The notes: generated by a model from the sequence alone, not told the origin. 64,000 bases of DNA from the human T2T-CHM13v2.0 reference genome, Homo sapiens (GCF_009914755.1 NC_060931.1); one strand, 5' to 3'. Shown: positions 42,645 through 59,777, numbered from the stretch's first letter. Translations and numbers: made by a program.

Positions 42645-43855
42645 GTACATTGGTAAAATATTCCTCACTTTATCCTCTTGTTCTTTTGATCTGTATCAGT
42701 TGCCTTTTTGTACAATATTCTTGACTATGATTCAGTAATATAGTATCTAATGATTAATACTAAACAGTGTAGGATTATAGATGGAAATTCAAGTTGGTTT
42801 AATGGATGCTGCCTGAGAAACAGACTTAATATTATCCTGTTATTTTGGGAGTTACCATTTTATATTAGATATGACACCGAGTTAGGGATCTTTCAAACTA
42901 GTTACTAAAAGAGTCCCATAAAACTTCATTGTTATTGTTCTTTTCAATAAGGTCAATAAGAATGTAATAATATAATATTTATAAGAAGTTTGAGAAAATG
43001 AACCCAATATTAATTTGAAATATTTTGCAATTCTTTATTAAATAGCAAGCTTGCAGAATCTCTAGTTTTATTTTATGCTCCTGCTTCCACTTCAGAAAGG
43101 ACTTATGAAAAAATTTATATTTTTTTAAAAGGACAATCACTATTACTTAAATAATATAGGCTTTTGTGGGGAAGACAACACAGTTTTTACTCTTGTTGTT
43201 TAGAGGGGATAAACACAAAAAAGCATGGTGATATTTCTGAAGTGGTAAAGATGAGTGTTGGTGGATATAATCTATTTACCTTTTAATATGCTGATAGCTT
43301 TTTAAGAATTGTGGCACTGTAGTGTTTTTTCATGAATTGAGGTCTGGCTGACAGATAGGAAACATGGGATAGTCATTTTCTTTGTAACTGTTATTGTCAA
43401 CTGGAATTAACTCAAGGTCCATAGCATTTAAAATAATATAGAATCAGAAAATGCCTAGGGACATCTCCATATTCTCAGGTAACAGTGGGCTCTTTTCAGT
43501 ATTCTGAGTAGCTAGGGTGATCTCAAGTAATTTTTTAAAAATTTCGAAAAGAGTCACTATAGCAAATAGTTACTAGGCTCCAAGTTAAAACTCCAGTGGT
43601 TCCTACTTGGGAGTCTTTGCAGATAGACCTAGCAACAGAACTCAAGCATTTTACTCATATCTTTAAAAAGCAGCAGCATCAGGATGGTAATTGGAAGTGA
43701 CCTAAATATTTCCATATTAGAAATCACAGGGCATGGGAACTTGTGATTTATAATGGTTGATGTTTTTTTAAAAAATACAAAATAATACTAGAAAACATTT
43801 AGAGGAGGAAAATCTTGTAGAAGTGACTTGGAAATGTCATTAAGAAATCATGAAA

Positions 43856-44575
<720 letters not shown>

Positions 44576-44856
44576 AAAATAATTTGTTTTCACTTAAAAA
44601 AAAAAACAAAAAAAAAAACCAAGTAGAAATCATGGAGAAAGGTGAAATTTTACACATTTTCCACAAAATGGGGAAAGATTATGGAAAGAAGACTTGTAGG
44701 CCTAATGATTATTTCTGGCAGTACTTCAAATTGAATTATTAAACAGATTTTGACAGCAGTTGTACTGTATTAGAAACCAGATAATATAAAGTTTAGGATA
44801 AAGCTGTTTAAGAATGGACTCAGTAAATATTCTCCTCATTTATTACTGTTTTTAAG

Positions 44857-44948
44857 AGAGTCGTAGCTGAGAAGCAGGAGAAAAGAAACCAGGAACGGCT
44901 GAAACGAAGAGAAGAGAGAGAGAGAGAAGAAAGGGAGAAGCTGAGGAG
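44857..44948 (+). CDS. LUC7L2: LUC7L2 exon 7 (92 nt, phase 0->2): RVVAEKQEKRNQERLKRREEREREEREKLR(R), RE-rich
   Basis: Acceptor ctgtttttaag|AGA, donor GAG|gtatgg; extremely purine-rich. Confidence 0.97.
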
Positions 44949-45219
44949 GTATGGAGTAATGGGCCAAGTAATTGAAGTTGAATCTCTGTGGTTCTAAAAA
45001 GAGATATAATTGATTTTAAATTTTAGATGGTGATAAATCTGTTATGGGACGTGGGAAACTTCTGCTTACTTTAAAAAATATTACTGTGCGAATTATATAA
45101 ATGTTTAATTATACAAGTATCGTAACTCTTGGCCATTTAACGGAATGTGATTTCCTTTAAAATGTGTGGAAGAGTGAATAAAGAATGCTTCGTATCTTGT
45201 AAGATTTATAACAAAATCC

Positions 45220-45510
45220 AGCCGGGCATGGTGGCTCACGCCTGTAATTCCAGCACTTTGGGAGGCCGAGGCGGGTGGATCACGAGGTCAGGAGATCGAG
45301 ACCATCCTGGCTAACACGGTGAAACCCCGACTCTACTAAAAATACAAAAAATTAGCTGGGCGAGGTGGCGGGCGCCTGTAGTCCCAGCTGCGCGGGAGGC
45401 TGAGGCAGGAGAATGGCGTGAACCTGGGGGGGCAGAGCCTGCAGTGAGCTGAGATCGGGCCACTGCACTCCAGCCTGGGCGACAGCGAGACTCTGTCTCA
45501 AAAAAAAAAA
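45220..45510 (+). mobile_element. Young AluY (AluYe5-like diagnostics)
   Basis: gggcgaggtggcggg, G7-cagagcctgcag and gggcgacagcgagac variants; perfect 19-bp TSD aagatttataacaaaatcc (45201-45219, 45511-45529). Subfamily call is from memory of the consensus. Confidence 0.85.
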
Positions 45511-46659
45511 AAGATTTATAACAAAATCCTTTTCTAGCCCTTTGATTTTTCATATTGGGCTAGATTTGCACCAGGTTAGCATAGAATTATTATTTTTTTT
45601 TTATGATGTATTTTGTTAACAAAAGGTTTAAGGGTGGTTGTTTCATTGAAGGGTTTTTTTTACATTGAACTTTGGTTAGTTCCTCAATTCTAGGAGCCAT
45701 AAACTATTAAAAAGTCTAAAAATATCTAAATGTATATAATTCCTCTTACATTGGTATTCATTAATTGATAAAATCTTAGAATTCTAGTATTTGGAATGTC
45801 TAAACATTCTTCTGAGTCACTTTTACCATTGGCAGCTAAAATCACATAGCATCATGGTGGCAACATTTTTTTGTAACTCATCTTTTTAACTTCAGCAGCT
45901 TTAGGATGGACAGTTATATCACAAATGATTTGCCTGTAGTCCTAATTTATAGTGTTCCTTGAATCATACTACATTTAAATGTCTTAAATTTAAATACCTT
46001 CTCTTTAGAGTTAGCAGATGTGCTTAAGCTAATTAAAACCCTTTGTAGTATTAGGTTATGCTCACTTCCTTCGATCTTTGAGCATATTATATACTCAGTA
46101 TATTTCAAGAAGTTTAAACAGACTTCGTTTGTGTCACATGGCTTATAACCAGGTAATCTTTTTGCACCATAAAGACAGTGAAACAAAACTACATGTCTAT
46201 ATGGTCCCTTTTTAGGAGAAGTGATGTCAGTCCTCTATTGAGAGAGAGAGATTTCTTCATTTACTGTAAAGTTTACCTCAGAGCTTTTATCTACTTGTTC
46301 TTTTGTGTATAGTAAGTCCTTATGGGAATATTGCCCAGTATTCTAATATATAAGTGGAATTTTCAGTAATATTGGGAATCTCATTTTAAGATTCAATTGA
46401 GGTGACAGTAACATGGAACAGAATTTCTTTGCAGGACTACATTTTCACATTTGTAGATGATGAAAAAGTATATCACATCTTACTCCTTTGTTTGCCAAAT
46501 GGCAAGTTTCTTTTGACAGTGATTATATAATGCAAATTTCAGAAACATTAAAAAAAAGTCGTTGAATCTGTGAGCTTAAAGAAATATGGAAGTATGGAAG
46601 ATGAGGAAATTAGAAACTAGTATAAAATTATATAAGATGGGATAAAAGAAAAAAATCAT

Positions 46660-46910
46660 AATCATTTACTGGGTGCTTATTGTATGCCAGACACTGTAGT
46701 AAGGAATTTATCCATATTCATCTAATCTTTATAAACCCCACCCCCACTCCACCCCAGTAAAATTTATATTAGTATCCCTCTTTTGCTAGTGACAGAGTAA
46801 GCTGAGAGAGGATATGTAACTTACTTAGGTCACACAGACAGTGAATGGTAGAACCAGAAATAAAACTCAAATCTGGCTGATCTCAAAGTCATGCTTTCAA
46901 CAATGCTATA
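46660..46910 (-). mobile_element. MIR
   Basis: catttactgggtgcttattgtatgccagacactg...gtaacttacttaggtcacacag...aactcaaatctggctga. Confidence 0.8.
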
Positions 46911-47232
46911 TATCATCCAAAAAAAAATAATAATCCCTGTGGTGTCCTACTAGCCATAATATTCACTTTACATTTCATTGAGCGTTACCTGTGTGCTAGG
47001 AAATGTGACAAGTGCCTTAAGTAGAGTATCTCATTTCATTTGAAGAAACACATTGTAAGATTGAACTAGGTGTTCTAGAGATTATAGTATGAGGTTGTAG
47101 CTCCAAGAGTATGTAGATCTCAGACCATAGAAATTTCACTCTTTTCCCAGAAGGGAAAAAAGAAATGACAGATATAAAAGAATTTTTTCCAAGCTGGTAA
47201 GTGGTTTCTGGAAAATTAGCAAGTTGTGATAT

Positions 47233-47599
47233 GTAGGTTGAGCATCCCAAATCCAAAAAATGAAATCCAGTGAGCTTCAAAATCTGAAACTTCTTGAGTG
47301 CTGGCAGCATTTAAAGGAGATGCTTATTAGGGCATTTCAGATTTTGGTTTCTGGATTTAGGGATGCTGAACCAGTAAATTATAATGCAGACACTTCAAAT
47401 TTTGAAAAAAATCGGCCACCTGTAATCCCAGCACTTCGGAAGGCCAAGGTGGTTGGATCATTTGCATCCAGGAGTTCAAGACCACCCTAGGCAACAAAAA
47501 ATGTAAAAATTAAAAAAAAAAAAAACAAAAACAAAAAACAGAAAAAATCCGAAACACTTATGATCCTTAGCGTTTCGGAGAAGGAGTACTCAACCTGTA
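47233..47599. mobile_element. Tigger4a/MER46-like MITE interrupted by a sense Alu monomer (about 47414-47545)
   Basis: Terminal inverted repeats taggttgagcatccc / gtactcaacctgta with a TA end. Confidence 0.8.
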
Positions 47600-47844
47600 C
47601 TGTGTTTTAATCTCCTAGGAACATATTCTTTAAGAGCCAGGTATTCTTGAGTTAAGCAAACCCTGCAAGGTGAAGAAATCTGTCGAGTTTGTGGTGTCTT
47701 TTGGAAAATTTTGTGTGCGTAGGTACACGCCTTGTATTTATAAAATTAATGTAAACATTAGAAATCAGGAAGAATATAATGTAACACTGCACTGTTTTCT
47801 TATTTATAGCCACTTTTCTAAAAATACATATTTTTTTTTTTTAG

Positions 47845-47874
47845 GTCCCGATCACACAGCAAGAATCCAAAAAG
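47845..47874 (+). CDS. LUC7L2: LUC7L2 exon 8 (30-nt microexon, phase 2->2): SRSHSKNPK(R)
   Basis: Acceptor T12-ag|GTCC, donor AAG|gtaggt; keeps the frame between exons 7 and 9. Confidence 0.93.
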
Positions 47875-47959
47875 GTAGGTGTATTACATAAGACAGGTAT
47901 AAGTAGTGAAGTTGTCTTTTTCAAAGGTAGTTTTTATAGATTGATTAAATGGTCCTTTA

Positions 47960-49085
<1,126 letters not shown>

Positions 49086-49329
49086 ACCTTACAGTTCTGT
49101 TAGCAACATCTATCAATGATATTTCTGCCTAAAACACTAAAAAAACTAAAGAACATTAATAAGTGGGGCCAGTTGTGTCAGCTAATTTATATTATTGGTG
49201 AATTTCTCTGATCTAGCATGATAAGTAGAAACATTAAACTGTGATACTGTTATTGTTTACTGTTTGATTAATATAAGCTGGTCCCTTTGTTGAAAACATA
49301 AAGTATTGCACATAGAACATCTTTAGATA

Positions 49330-50690
<1,361 letters not shown>

Positions 50691-50864
50691 TTACCTAGAA
50701 TTTTTAAAAAGATGAATAAAGTTATACATTGGAAGAAATGGCATTCATAATAACTCAAAATGAGTGGTTAAACGAAGTATGATTTGATAAAACTTACACT
50801 GAGAGTTTTATATTTTTTCCCTCTGCTTCCTTTTGGAATTACTCTTTTCAGCTGTGGAAATAAC

Positions 50865-51330
50865 GCTTTTTTTTTTTTTTTTTTTTTGAGACAGGGTCTC
50901 ACTCTGTCCTGAGTAGCTGGGACCACAGGCGTGTGCCACCATGTCCAGCTAATTTTTAAAAATTTATTGTAGATACGGGGTCTCCCTATGTTGCTCAGGC
51001 TGGTCTTGAACTCCTCCCGTTTAAGGATTAAGCAGTCCTCCCATTGTGGCCTCCCCAAGTGCTGGGATTACAGACACAAGCTATTGTGCCCAGCCAGAAA
51101 TACTCTTTTTAAGTGTGGCTAAAGCTACGTCCATGTCATGTACCTTTCTTTGACTATAATGTTGACATAAGCTGAATGCCTTTTAGCATCGTTCATAACA
51201 ATCAGTTGAAGATAAACTGTATTTGTAAACTATCTCATATGTATAATATGATTTTGAACTTGCTGTATCAAATTATGAGCAAACCTCACATTCTTAAAGT
51301 GACTTAAATTTAAGAGTTTTATTGAGGTAT

Positions 51331-51388
<58 letters not shown>

Positions 51389-52635
51389 TTACTCTGAAGT
51401 CAGTGATTTTTTAGCAGATTTAAAGCTGTGCAACTATCACCATAATCCAGTTGAGAACATTTCCATCATTCTTAAAGTGACTCTTCTAACAAAGTTGCAT
51501 TCCTTTGTTTCCCCTTGTTTTCTGTCAAACGTTTATGTCCTCTCCATGCCATTTCCACCCTCACCATGCACCCCCACCCACCCCACAAGTTAGTTTGTGA
51601 CCTGGTGGAGGCTATAAAAGTGTCTTACCTTGTGGGTTTTTTTCTTTTCAAAAAATGTCTTTATTTTGCCAGCACCTTGATCGTATATTTTCTGGTTTTT
51701 CAGAATGTTTTTCGTTCTCTATTTCTGTGTATTCATTAGAAATACATTTTTTTTGCAATCTGAGTCAAGTTCTCAAAAATGATTTTCGCAAGTGTTCTTT
51801 CTCCCAAACTGTTTGCTCCTTGAATAGAGAACTGTCTTACTGTGTTTGTTTTGTCTTGCTCTCTATTGCCCAGGCTGGAATGCAGTGGTGTGAACACAGC
51901 TCCCTGTAGCCTTGACTTCCTGGGCTTGGGTGATCATCCTTCCTTAGCCTCCCAAAGTGCTGGGATTAAAGGCGTGAGCTACTACCCCTGGCCCTTACTC
52001 TGTTTTGATTACACTGTGACTAGACATGCATATTGTGGGCATTAAAAACTTACTTCTATGGTTATCTCACCTTTCTAATTCAGACAAAGAGTAATTTGTC
52101 CTGACGTATTCTTCCTCATCTCTTCTCTTCCCTTCTGTCCAGGTCTGTCAGGTACATATTTAATTTCTAGAGGATACAAAAATGTTCAAGATATTTAAGT
52201 GCAATTAAATTCATAACAAATCTAGATAATATAGCCCCTGGCATATAGTAGTGGTTCAAAAGTTGCTTTCACTTGAAAAACTATTTCTGATAATAAATTT
52301 ATACATTACTGATTGCTCTCTGAGAATTATCAATCAGTGTCTTGTTTTTGAGACAGAATTTCACTCTTTTGCCCAGGCTGGACTGCAGCGATGTGATCAC
52401 CAGGTCATTGCAGCAGCCTTGACCTCCCTGGCTCAAGAGATTCTCTCACCTCAGCTTCCTGAGTAGCTGGGACTACAGGCATGTGCCTCTGTGTCCAGCT
52501 AATTTTTGTATGTTTTATAGAGACAGAGTTTCGCCATGTTGCCTAGGCTGGTCTTGAAATCCTGAGCTCAAGCGATCCTCCTGCCTCAGACTCCCAAAGT
52601 GTTGGGATTACAGGTGTGAGCCACGGCGCCTGGCT
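50865..52635 (-). mobile_element. Antisense AluJ copies and fragments (50865-51095, 51845-51993, 52345-52635) and a short L1M fragment (about 51315-51480)
   Basis: Alu and L1M motifs. Confidence 0.8.
51335..51384. repeat. (TA)25 microsatellite
   Basis: Perfect dinucleotide run. Confidence 0.98.
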
Positions 52636-52832
52636 GAGAATTATTAATGTTTTATTTTGAATTCTAGTATGTAGTTATTAACACACCAGCAATTCAGTGT
52701 AGATTTAGCTGACTTGGAATATAATTGACATTAAGACTACTGAAAAAAAGTTTCTCTTTAAAGAAAAGGCTTTAATAAATGAGAAATATAGTAATTACAA
52801 AGGTAGAAACAAAATCAAATCTTGTCTGGTAG

Positions 52833-53024
52833 ATCCAGGTCCAGAGAGCATCGCAGACATCGATCTCGCTCCATGTCACGTGAACGCAAGAGGAGAACTC
52901 GATCCAAATCTCGGGAGAAACGCCATCGCCACAGGTCCCGCTCCAGCAGCCGTAGCCGCAGCCGTAGCCACCAGAGAAGTCGGCACAGTTCTAGAGATAG
53001 GAGCAGAGAACGATCCAAGAGGAG
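52833..53024 (+). CDS. LUC7L2: LUC7L2 exon 9 (192 nt, phase 2->2): RS domain SRSREHRRHRSRSMSRERKRR...RSRERSKR(R)
   Basis: Acceptor cttgtctggtag|ATCC, donor GAG|gtattg; ORF track 52822..53031 shows the RS repeat. Confidence 0.97.
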
Positions 53025-54129
53025 GTATTGATGTGTCAATCAGAGGATATGGAGCTACCTTAATGTTTTAGAGTTGTTTATGTTTACTTATGTTACTTAT
53101 GTTTAGAGTTCAGATTATTGGTTTGAAACTTTTGCATCTGGTAATATGTACACATTTATGTGTGGGTGTACAACATTTTTCTGTGATTATATGGGTAGTT
53201 TTGAAAGAATATACTTATGAGCCAGAGCAAGAAATTGGAACCAATATGTGTAGAGGTTATTGCTTTTCTCTGCTTAGTGTGTCTTGGAAAAAAGTTCTTT
53301 ACAGGTAAATAATTTTAAATACCAATACCCTTAGTATGGATCAGCAAATTAGGGGCTCTGAGAAGTCCTTTCATTACAAGAGTTGTTTAGCTTTGATTTA
53401 TTGTTTTCTAAACTTATTTGAGCTGGGATGCTTTTTCAGAGCAGACACATTCTAGTATATTCTTGTTTTATCTGCACTATAGATATGTATTGTTACATAC
53501 CTTCAGCTTGGCAAGGCAGACTAATAAGGAGGTTCCAAGACTTCCCTTGGTTTAATGAGAACATTCAAAAGGTGCAGGCATAGGGTAAGGTATGTTTGAG
53601 GACTTGAATATCTATTAAGGATAGACAAAGGATTATAATGTGGTAGAAGAGTTTAGCATTCATAGTCTGTATAGATCAAACTGTCAAAACTTCTCAGGTC
53701 ACATGATGGCCCTTAAACCAGGTAATTTCTGTGTAACGTAAGCCATGTTTAAAATTGCTTTTTTCTTGACAACTATTCAGAAGTATATGTATGATAAACA
53801 TTTTTTGAGTGCCTAGTACCTACTAGTCTTACATATTCTGTGGATTACTCCACATAAAATCTATAATAAAATCCACAGAAAGCTGTTAAAATCTTTCCTA
53901 TTTTTTTTTGACTCAACTTTCCATTCCCTGAAATCACTCACAAGCTGAGTTTGTTAATAGGCTCTCAATATTTTATTTCTTATATTCTGGCCTTGTTTTT
54001 AGTATTTCTTAAGGTGATTTTAATAATAATTAATTGTATATGTTTTACTGTACTAGACTTAGTAAAACATAAGAAAGACGTATAACATAGTTGAACAACT
54101 TTAAGTTGCTCTAAGAAGTTTCCTATGTG

Positions 54130-56394
<2,265 letters not shown>

Positions 56395-56932
56395 CTTTTT
56401 ATATCATTTTAAGTTTATTAAAACATTAAGTAGAATGTTCAAAGTGGACATTATTTTAGAACCATTTTTTGTTTAACCCTCCTTAACTATATTTCTAAAA
56501 CTGAACAGTCATATTTTTTATTTTCCTGAAAGTATTACTTATTCAGGTTCTTGGTAGTGCCTCAGATCCTAATTTTGAATATGGGTTGAGTGAGATAATT
56601 ATGTAAAAGTGCTGTGTCACCTGTAAAGAACCAAATAAATGTAATTTGTTGAATTTTAGATGTTGGAAGTATGGAAGATTCCATGTTTATTCTGATTCCA
56701 TAATATGTTTGGTTTTCCGATTGATTTATTATTTACCTTTCTTATAATGAAGTTGGGTATGGGAATGGAGAAGGTAGTAAACAGTTATGGCTAATCAAGA
56801 TTTATTAGTGTGAGCATCTTTGTCTTTTTTTATTTCCCCTTGTTGGTTGAATAAGCTAACTCAGTATGAGTAGATTTTTAGAAGTGGTTATTTAAATTCA
56901 TATTAATAATTGAGTAGTTCTCTTATCTAAGT

Positions 56933-57085
56933 CAGGTGTTGGCAAACTGTTGCCGATAGGCCAAATCTGGCCGGTAGCCTGTACAACCAGCAAGCTATGG
57001 ATGGTTTTTACATTCTAAAAAGAAAAGAACTGCCACAAAGATTGCATGGACCTGCAGTACCCCAGATAGTCACCATCTGGCCCCT
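56933..57085. mobile_element. MER58-like DNA transposon fragment
   Basis: caggtgttggcaaact...ggccaaatctggcc...atggtttttacatt...atctggcccct. Confidence 0.65.
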
Positions 57086-57457
57086 ATTCTAAGCCATTTA
57101 AAATTTAGATAATACATTTCTTTCACTTTTTAAAGCTGTTATCTATGTATTATTTTTTATATTAAAATACCTTTTATGAATTGGAGAAACTCTGTGTTGT
57201 CTCTGAGATGAGAGTAGCCTGTAAGAAATTATTTTAGCCTTCTGACCCTCTGCTATTTGTTTTTCACCCATCTTCTTGTTTTAATGCCCTTATCAACTAT
57301 GGTAGTGCTCTGTAATTTGTCAGAAAACTGACTCCTCTGTCATGGGTATATTCGTCTATATATCTTCAGCTATCAAGAGCTTAATATTTATCCTATTCTT
57401 TAATTTGGGTTTTTGGGTTTCCCAACATATTTTGCTCCTCAAATTAATATTTTTCAG

Positions 57458-57635
57458 ATCCTCAAAAGAAAGATTCAGAGACCAAGACTTAGCATCATGT
57501 GACAGAGACAGGAGTTCAAGAGACAGATCACCTCGTGACAGAGATCGGAAAGATAAGAAGCGGTCCTATGAGAGTGCTAATGGCAGATCAGAAGACAGGA
57601 GGAGCTCTGAAGAGCGCGAAGCAGGGGAGATCTAA
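57458..57635 (+). CDS. LUC7L2: LUC7L2 last exon, coding part (178 nt): SSKERFRDQDLASCDRDRSSRDRSPRDRDRKDKKRSYESANGRSEDRRSSEEREAGEI*
   Basis: Acceptor atatttttcag|ATCC; TAA ends at 57635 (ORF track 57342..57635). C-terminal EAGEI is typical of LUC7L/LUC7L2. Confidence 0.98.
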
Positions 57636-58424
57636 CTAGCTGTGTACATTTCTTCAGTCCTTAAGCTTCCTACGGAGTTACGTACTATTGTTTAGTTCAC
57701 AGCTGTTCAGGGTGACAGTGAGCAGATCCAGACACCAGATCCAGCTAGGCTAGATGTACAGTATCTAACTTGATCTGAACTGAACCTGTTTTCCTTGATG
57801 ATGCCTAAAACTACATCCATAGTTTCTGGTGAACCTGTAATACAGTTCTGAAAGTACAGTTTTATATAATAAGATGCTGATCTCTTTATTCTTTCAAGTA
57901 AGAGTGCTAGTGAACAAATTGTGTTACTTGCCTTGGGATTTTTTGAACGTTTGTAAAATGCTGTCTTCCTAGTCCAAACAGCTGCAGCTTTGGGCATTTT
58001 TCTTTTTAATTATTCTTCCTCTGACTTTGTATCCCTTAATACCTACACTCTCCAATTGTAAGAGAAAGGGGGCAGGGAAGCAATATAGCTTCCATTCTAA
58101 GGCTGTATTCCCGTTATGAATTACTAGCTGATTACAGTTCAGAGCATTGATCCTGGAATGTGTGCTGGAGAAATTTAAAATACTGGGGTTTTTTGTTTAA
58201 TGGTGCCTATTTAGAGTTGGAAGTTGAACAGCTGTTGCATTACATACTTTTGCTTTTTTATTGAAATTTTGAAATCAAACGTCTTGATTTTTCTGTTCTG
58301 TTGAATTGCTATGTTCAGGATGTTCTAGGGGGTGGGGGCAGGGACTCTTTTCGTAATAAGCACTTGTTTTATTTTGTGTGTGTGGAGTATAAAGGCTACA
58401 CCCTTATTGTAAAAAAATAATAAT

Positions 58425-58463
58425 AATAAAATGAAAGAAACAATCACCACCACCATTATTAAA
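58425..58463 (+). terminator. Proximal poly(A) signals AATAAA (58425-58430) and ATTAAA (58458-58463)
   Basis: Hexamers seen directly, with TGTA just upstream and a TG/T-rich tract around 58500. Confidence 0.5.
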
Positions 58464-58725
58464 CTGTAACTTGTCTAGTAAATTGTCACTAGAACTATTT
58501 GCTGTGGGCATTTCCTCTATTCTGTTACGTCATTAACAGTGCCTTACTGTGCAAGGCACCAAAGGACATAAATACGTACTTGCAAAGATTCCAGATGAGC
58601 TGTTCATGTGGGCCCCTTGCTGACTATATTCCAGCCACTTCAGGGTTGTTTGTAATGACCGTTATAGAGAAGGGCTCGACCTGCAGAAGAAACTGGGGTG
58701 TTTTTATTCTCATTCAACAAACCCA

Positions 58726-58731
58726 AATAAA
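58726..58731 (+). terminator. Probable main poly(A) signal AATAAA
   Basis: Canonical hexamer with upstream TGTA (about 58650) and a U-rich element; gives a UTR length consistent with my recollection of the mRNA. Confidence 0.65.
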
Positions 58732-59573
58732 AACAGTATATGTAACCAACATAATGAGACTTAAGTTTCTGCCTTGAAGAGTTGTATATCCGTTAGTAAC
58801 TTAAACTGTAATTGGCAGGTATCACTTGTGATTCTGGAAATTCTGAGGAACACAGATTCCTTAAGTAATGAAATTAGTATCTGTGGGTATCATTAACTAA
58901 GGTCACCTTTCAAGAACTGTTAATGTCCTTTGTCCCCAAGTTTGACAGATTTGATGTCAGAGGCATGTGGGCCTCTGTGAAGGTGCTGAGAGAATGGGAA
59001 ACTAAGGCCATTCTAAGTGATACCAGATTACGTTAAAAACCCTCATCAAGTTCCCAATTTACCAAGCTATGCCTCATTAACTGAGGGTTTTCTGCTGTAT
59101 TTGGTTCCACACATGCAATTTATATGGCATTTAATCTGAGAGACCCATCTGCCTCAGTGGCCCATTTCCCTTTTATTTTTGGTTGCTAAGAAATGTTTTG
59201 TATCTCCTTTGTTCCGGGTAGTCTGTGCTGTTCTAAATCCTTACAAGCACTTCAGATTTCGTACATTGGGGTTCGGAGTAAGATCAAAAGGACTAGCTGG
59301 TTGGTGTGAGGAAGAATGTCTGGGACCTGGCCCATTATAATAGTATATCTGGACTTAGATTTTGAACTCTAAAGCATATGTACAGTTGGAATGGAACACT
59401 TGTAGAAGTAACACAGGTCTATATATCAATGGTTACTGCAGCTGTGGTTTCTAGATGGTATAGGCTGCCCCAACATGAACAGGGCATAAAGCGCACCATC
59501 ACTGTGGGGCTGCGTGCCACAGCGGACCACTTCAACCGCATGGCTCTTTACATGATTGATGCCACTGAATTAG

Positions 59574-59579
59574 AATAAA
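59574..59579 (+). terminator. Possible distal poly(A) signal AATAAA
   Basis: Followed about 35-55 nt later by GU/U-rich tttttggtctttctgtgttggtg. Confidence 0.4.
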
Positions 59580-59777
59580 ATCTCAAATCTTAATATCACT
59601 TTCTCATACACAATTTTTGGTCTTTCTGTGTTGGTGACTGGTAGAAAGCATAAGTAAGTATATTGTATTTGCAAAAAACTTTTGTCCCTCTGGGGAGTGT
59701 TTTGCTAAGTTTTTACCTTCAGTAAGGTTTCCTTCATTTTGCTGTCATCAAGTATTACCCTAAAGCTCCTTTGCTGA

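Larger units (their letters stand above)
57636..58750 (+). other. LUC7L2: LUC7L2 3' UTR (about 1.1 kb, repeat-free)
   Basis: Follows the stop codon and contains no Alu. The end is inferred about 20 nt after AATAAA 58726-58731. Confidence 0.8.

Noticed and set aside
52815-53039. Minus-strand 74-aa Leu/Arg-rich ORF
   Set aside because: Antisense mirror of the RS-domain exon; its openness is a by-product of Arg/Ser codon usage.
57342-57457. N-terminal hydrophobic part of ORF 57342..57635
   Set aside because: Intronic T-rich sequence upstream of the exon 10 acceptor; only 57458 onward is coding.
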